From: Octopus bimaculoides
Lineage: Eukaryota
DNA length: 64,000 bases
Assembly (NCBI RefSeq): GCF_001194135.2
Contig: NC_068991.1
Span: 60,853,880 to 60,917,879 of the forward strand
Direction of reading: 5' to 3'
The notes beneath the pieces were generated by a model. It did not search any database. It was not told the origin of the DNA and saw only the letters and a list, made by a program, of their open reading frames with translations. Shown here piece by piece: positions 63,375 to 64,000 of the stretch. Positions within the stretch are counted from its first letter, which is position 1, and the number at the start of each line of letters is the position of its first letter. The translations under genes were made by a program, and so were the position numbers.

Positions 63375-63912
63375 TTGGGTGGTGAGCTGGCAGAATTGTG
63401 TCTGTGCTAGCATCCTTTCTTCTGGCTCTTTATATTCTGAGTTCAAATCCTGCTAAGGTCTACTTTGTCTTTCCTCCTTTCAAGGTTGATATAATAAGTA
63501 CTGGTTGAGCACTAGGACCAATGTAAATTGACTTAACCCTCCCCTAAAAAAACTGCCGGCATTATACCAAAATTTGAAATCATTAAAGAAGACAAGCTAA
63601 GCAGAACTGCTTGTGACATTGTGTCTGCTTTTACATTCTGAGTTCAAATACAGCTTGGTTGACTTTGTCATCCCTTTGGGGGTCGATGAAATAGTACCAG
63701 TTGGGCACTGGGATCAAGGTTAATGTAATCAACTAGCCTCCTTTCCCCAAAATTTCAGGTTTTGTGCCTATAGTAGAAAGGATTATCATTATTATTATCA
63801 TTGATTGTTTAAGGTCATTAAAATAAGGACCTATTGAGCAGTAGGGGTTGATGTAAATGACTAGAACCTTCGCACATAATTTCAGGCCTTGAGCCAATAG
63901 TAAAAAAAGGAT
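62900..63912 (+). mobile_element. Chain of ~5 head-to-tail family-A SINEs, mostly separated by (ATT)n
   Basis: Copies start near 62900, 63123, 63377, 63586 and 63811 (partial). Most end in GCCTTGTGCCTATAGTAGAAAGGATT-like tails. Confidence 0.8.
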
Positions 63913-64000
63913 GATTATCATTATCATAGTCATCATCATCATTATTGCTATTATTATTATTATTAACAATAGTTTCAAAAGTTGGCGCAAGGCCAGCAAT

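Overview
This is AT-rich, repeat-dense animal genomic DNA with ten N-gaps, most of them beside dinucleotide microsatellites. The repeat landscape suggests an octopod cephalopod (inference from recalled repeat families, not a database search). I can support one protein-coding gene. It is a minus-strand homolog of the UPF0764/C16orf89 family, with five exons (55138-54875, 45018-44846, 32344-32173, 25580-24990, 19392-18560). These join through canonical GT-AG sites into one open frame of 2033 nt. The 5' signal-peptide exon was not found. Unlike the secreted vertebrate protein, this one has a ~155-aa internal insertion and a ~250-aa acidic C-terminal extension that ends in a transmembrane helix. 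The rest of the window is introns and flank filled with decayed mobile elements: several tRNA-derived SINE families, RTE and R4/Dong-type LINE fragments, a Tigger/pogo element, DD37D (maT) derivatives, mariner and piggyBac-like MITEs, and mini- and microsatellites. The most notable non-routine signals are (1) a Penelope-type minimal hammerhead ribozyme pair beside exon 32344-32173, intact only on the antisense strand; (2) a young ~260-bp near-perfect fold-back inserted in an old SINE; (3) a ~400-bp templated insertion with microhomology junctions and a 103-bp target duplication, which leaves direct repeats on both sides of an exon; (4) repeated use of microsatellites as insertion targets by different element classes; and (5) the membrane-anchored C16orf89 architecture. 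No rRNA, true tRNA or CRISPR array was seen. Most short ORFs in the track are microsatellite or SINE artefacts.
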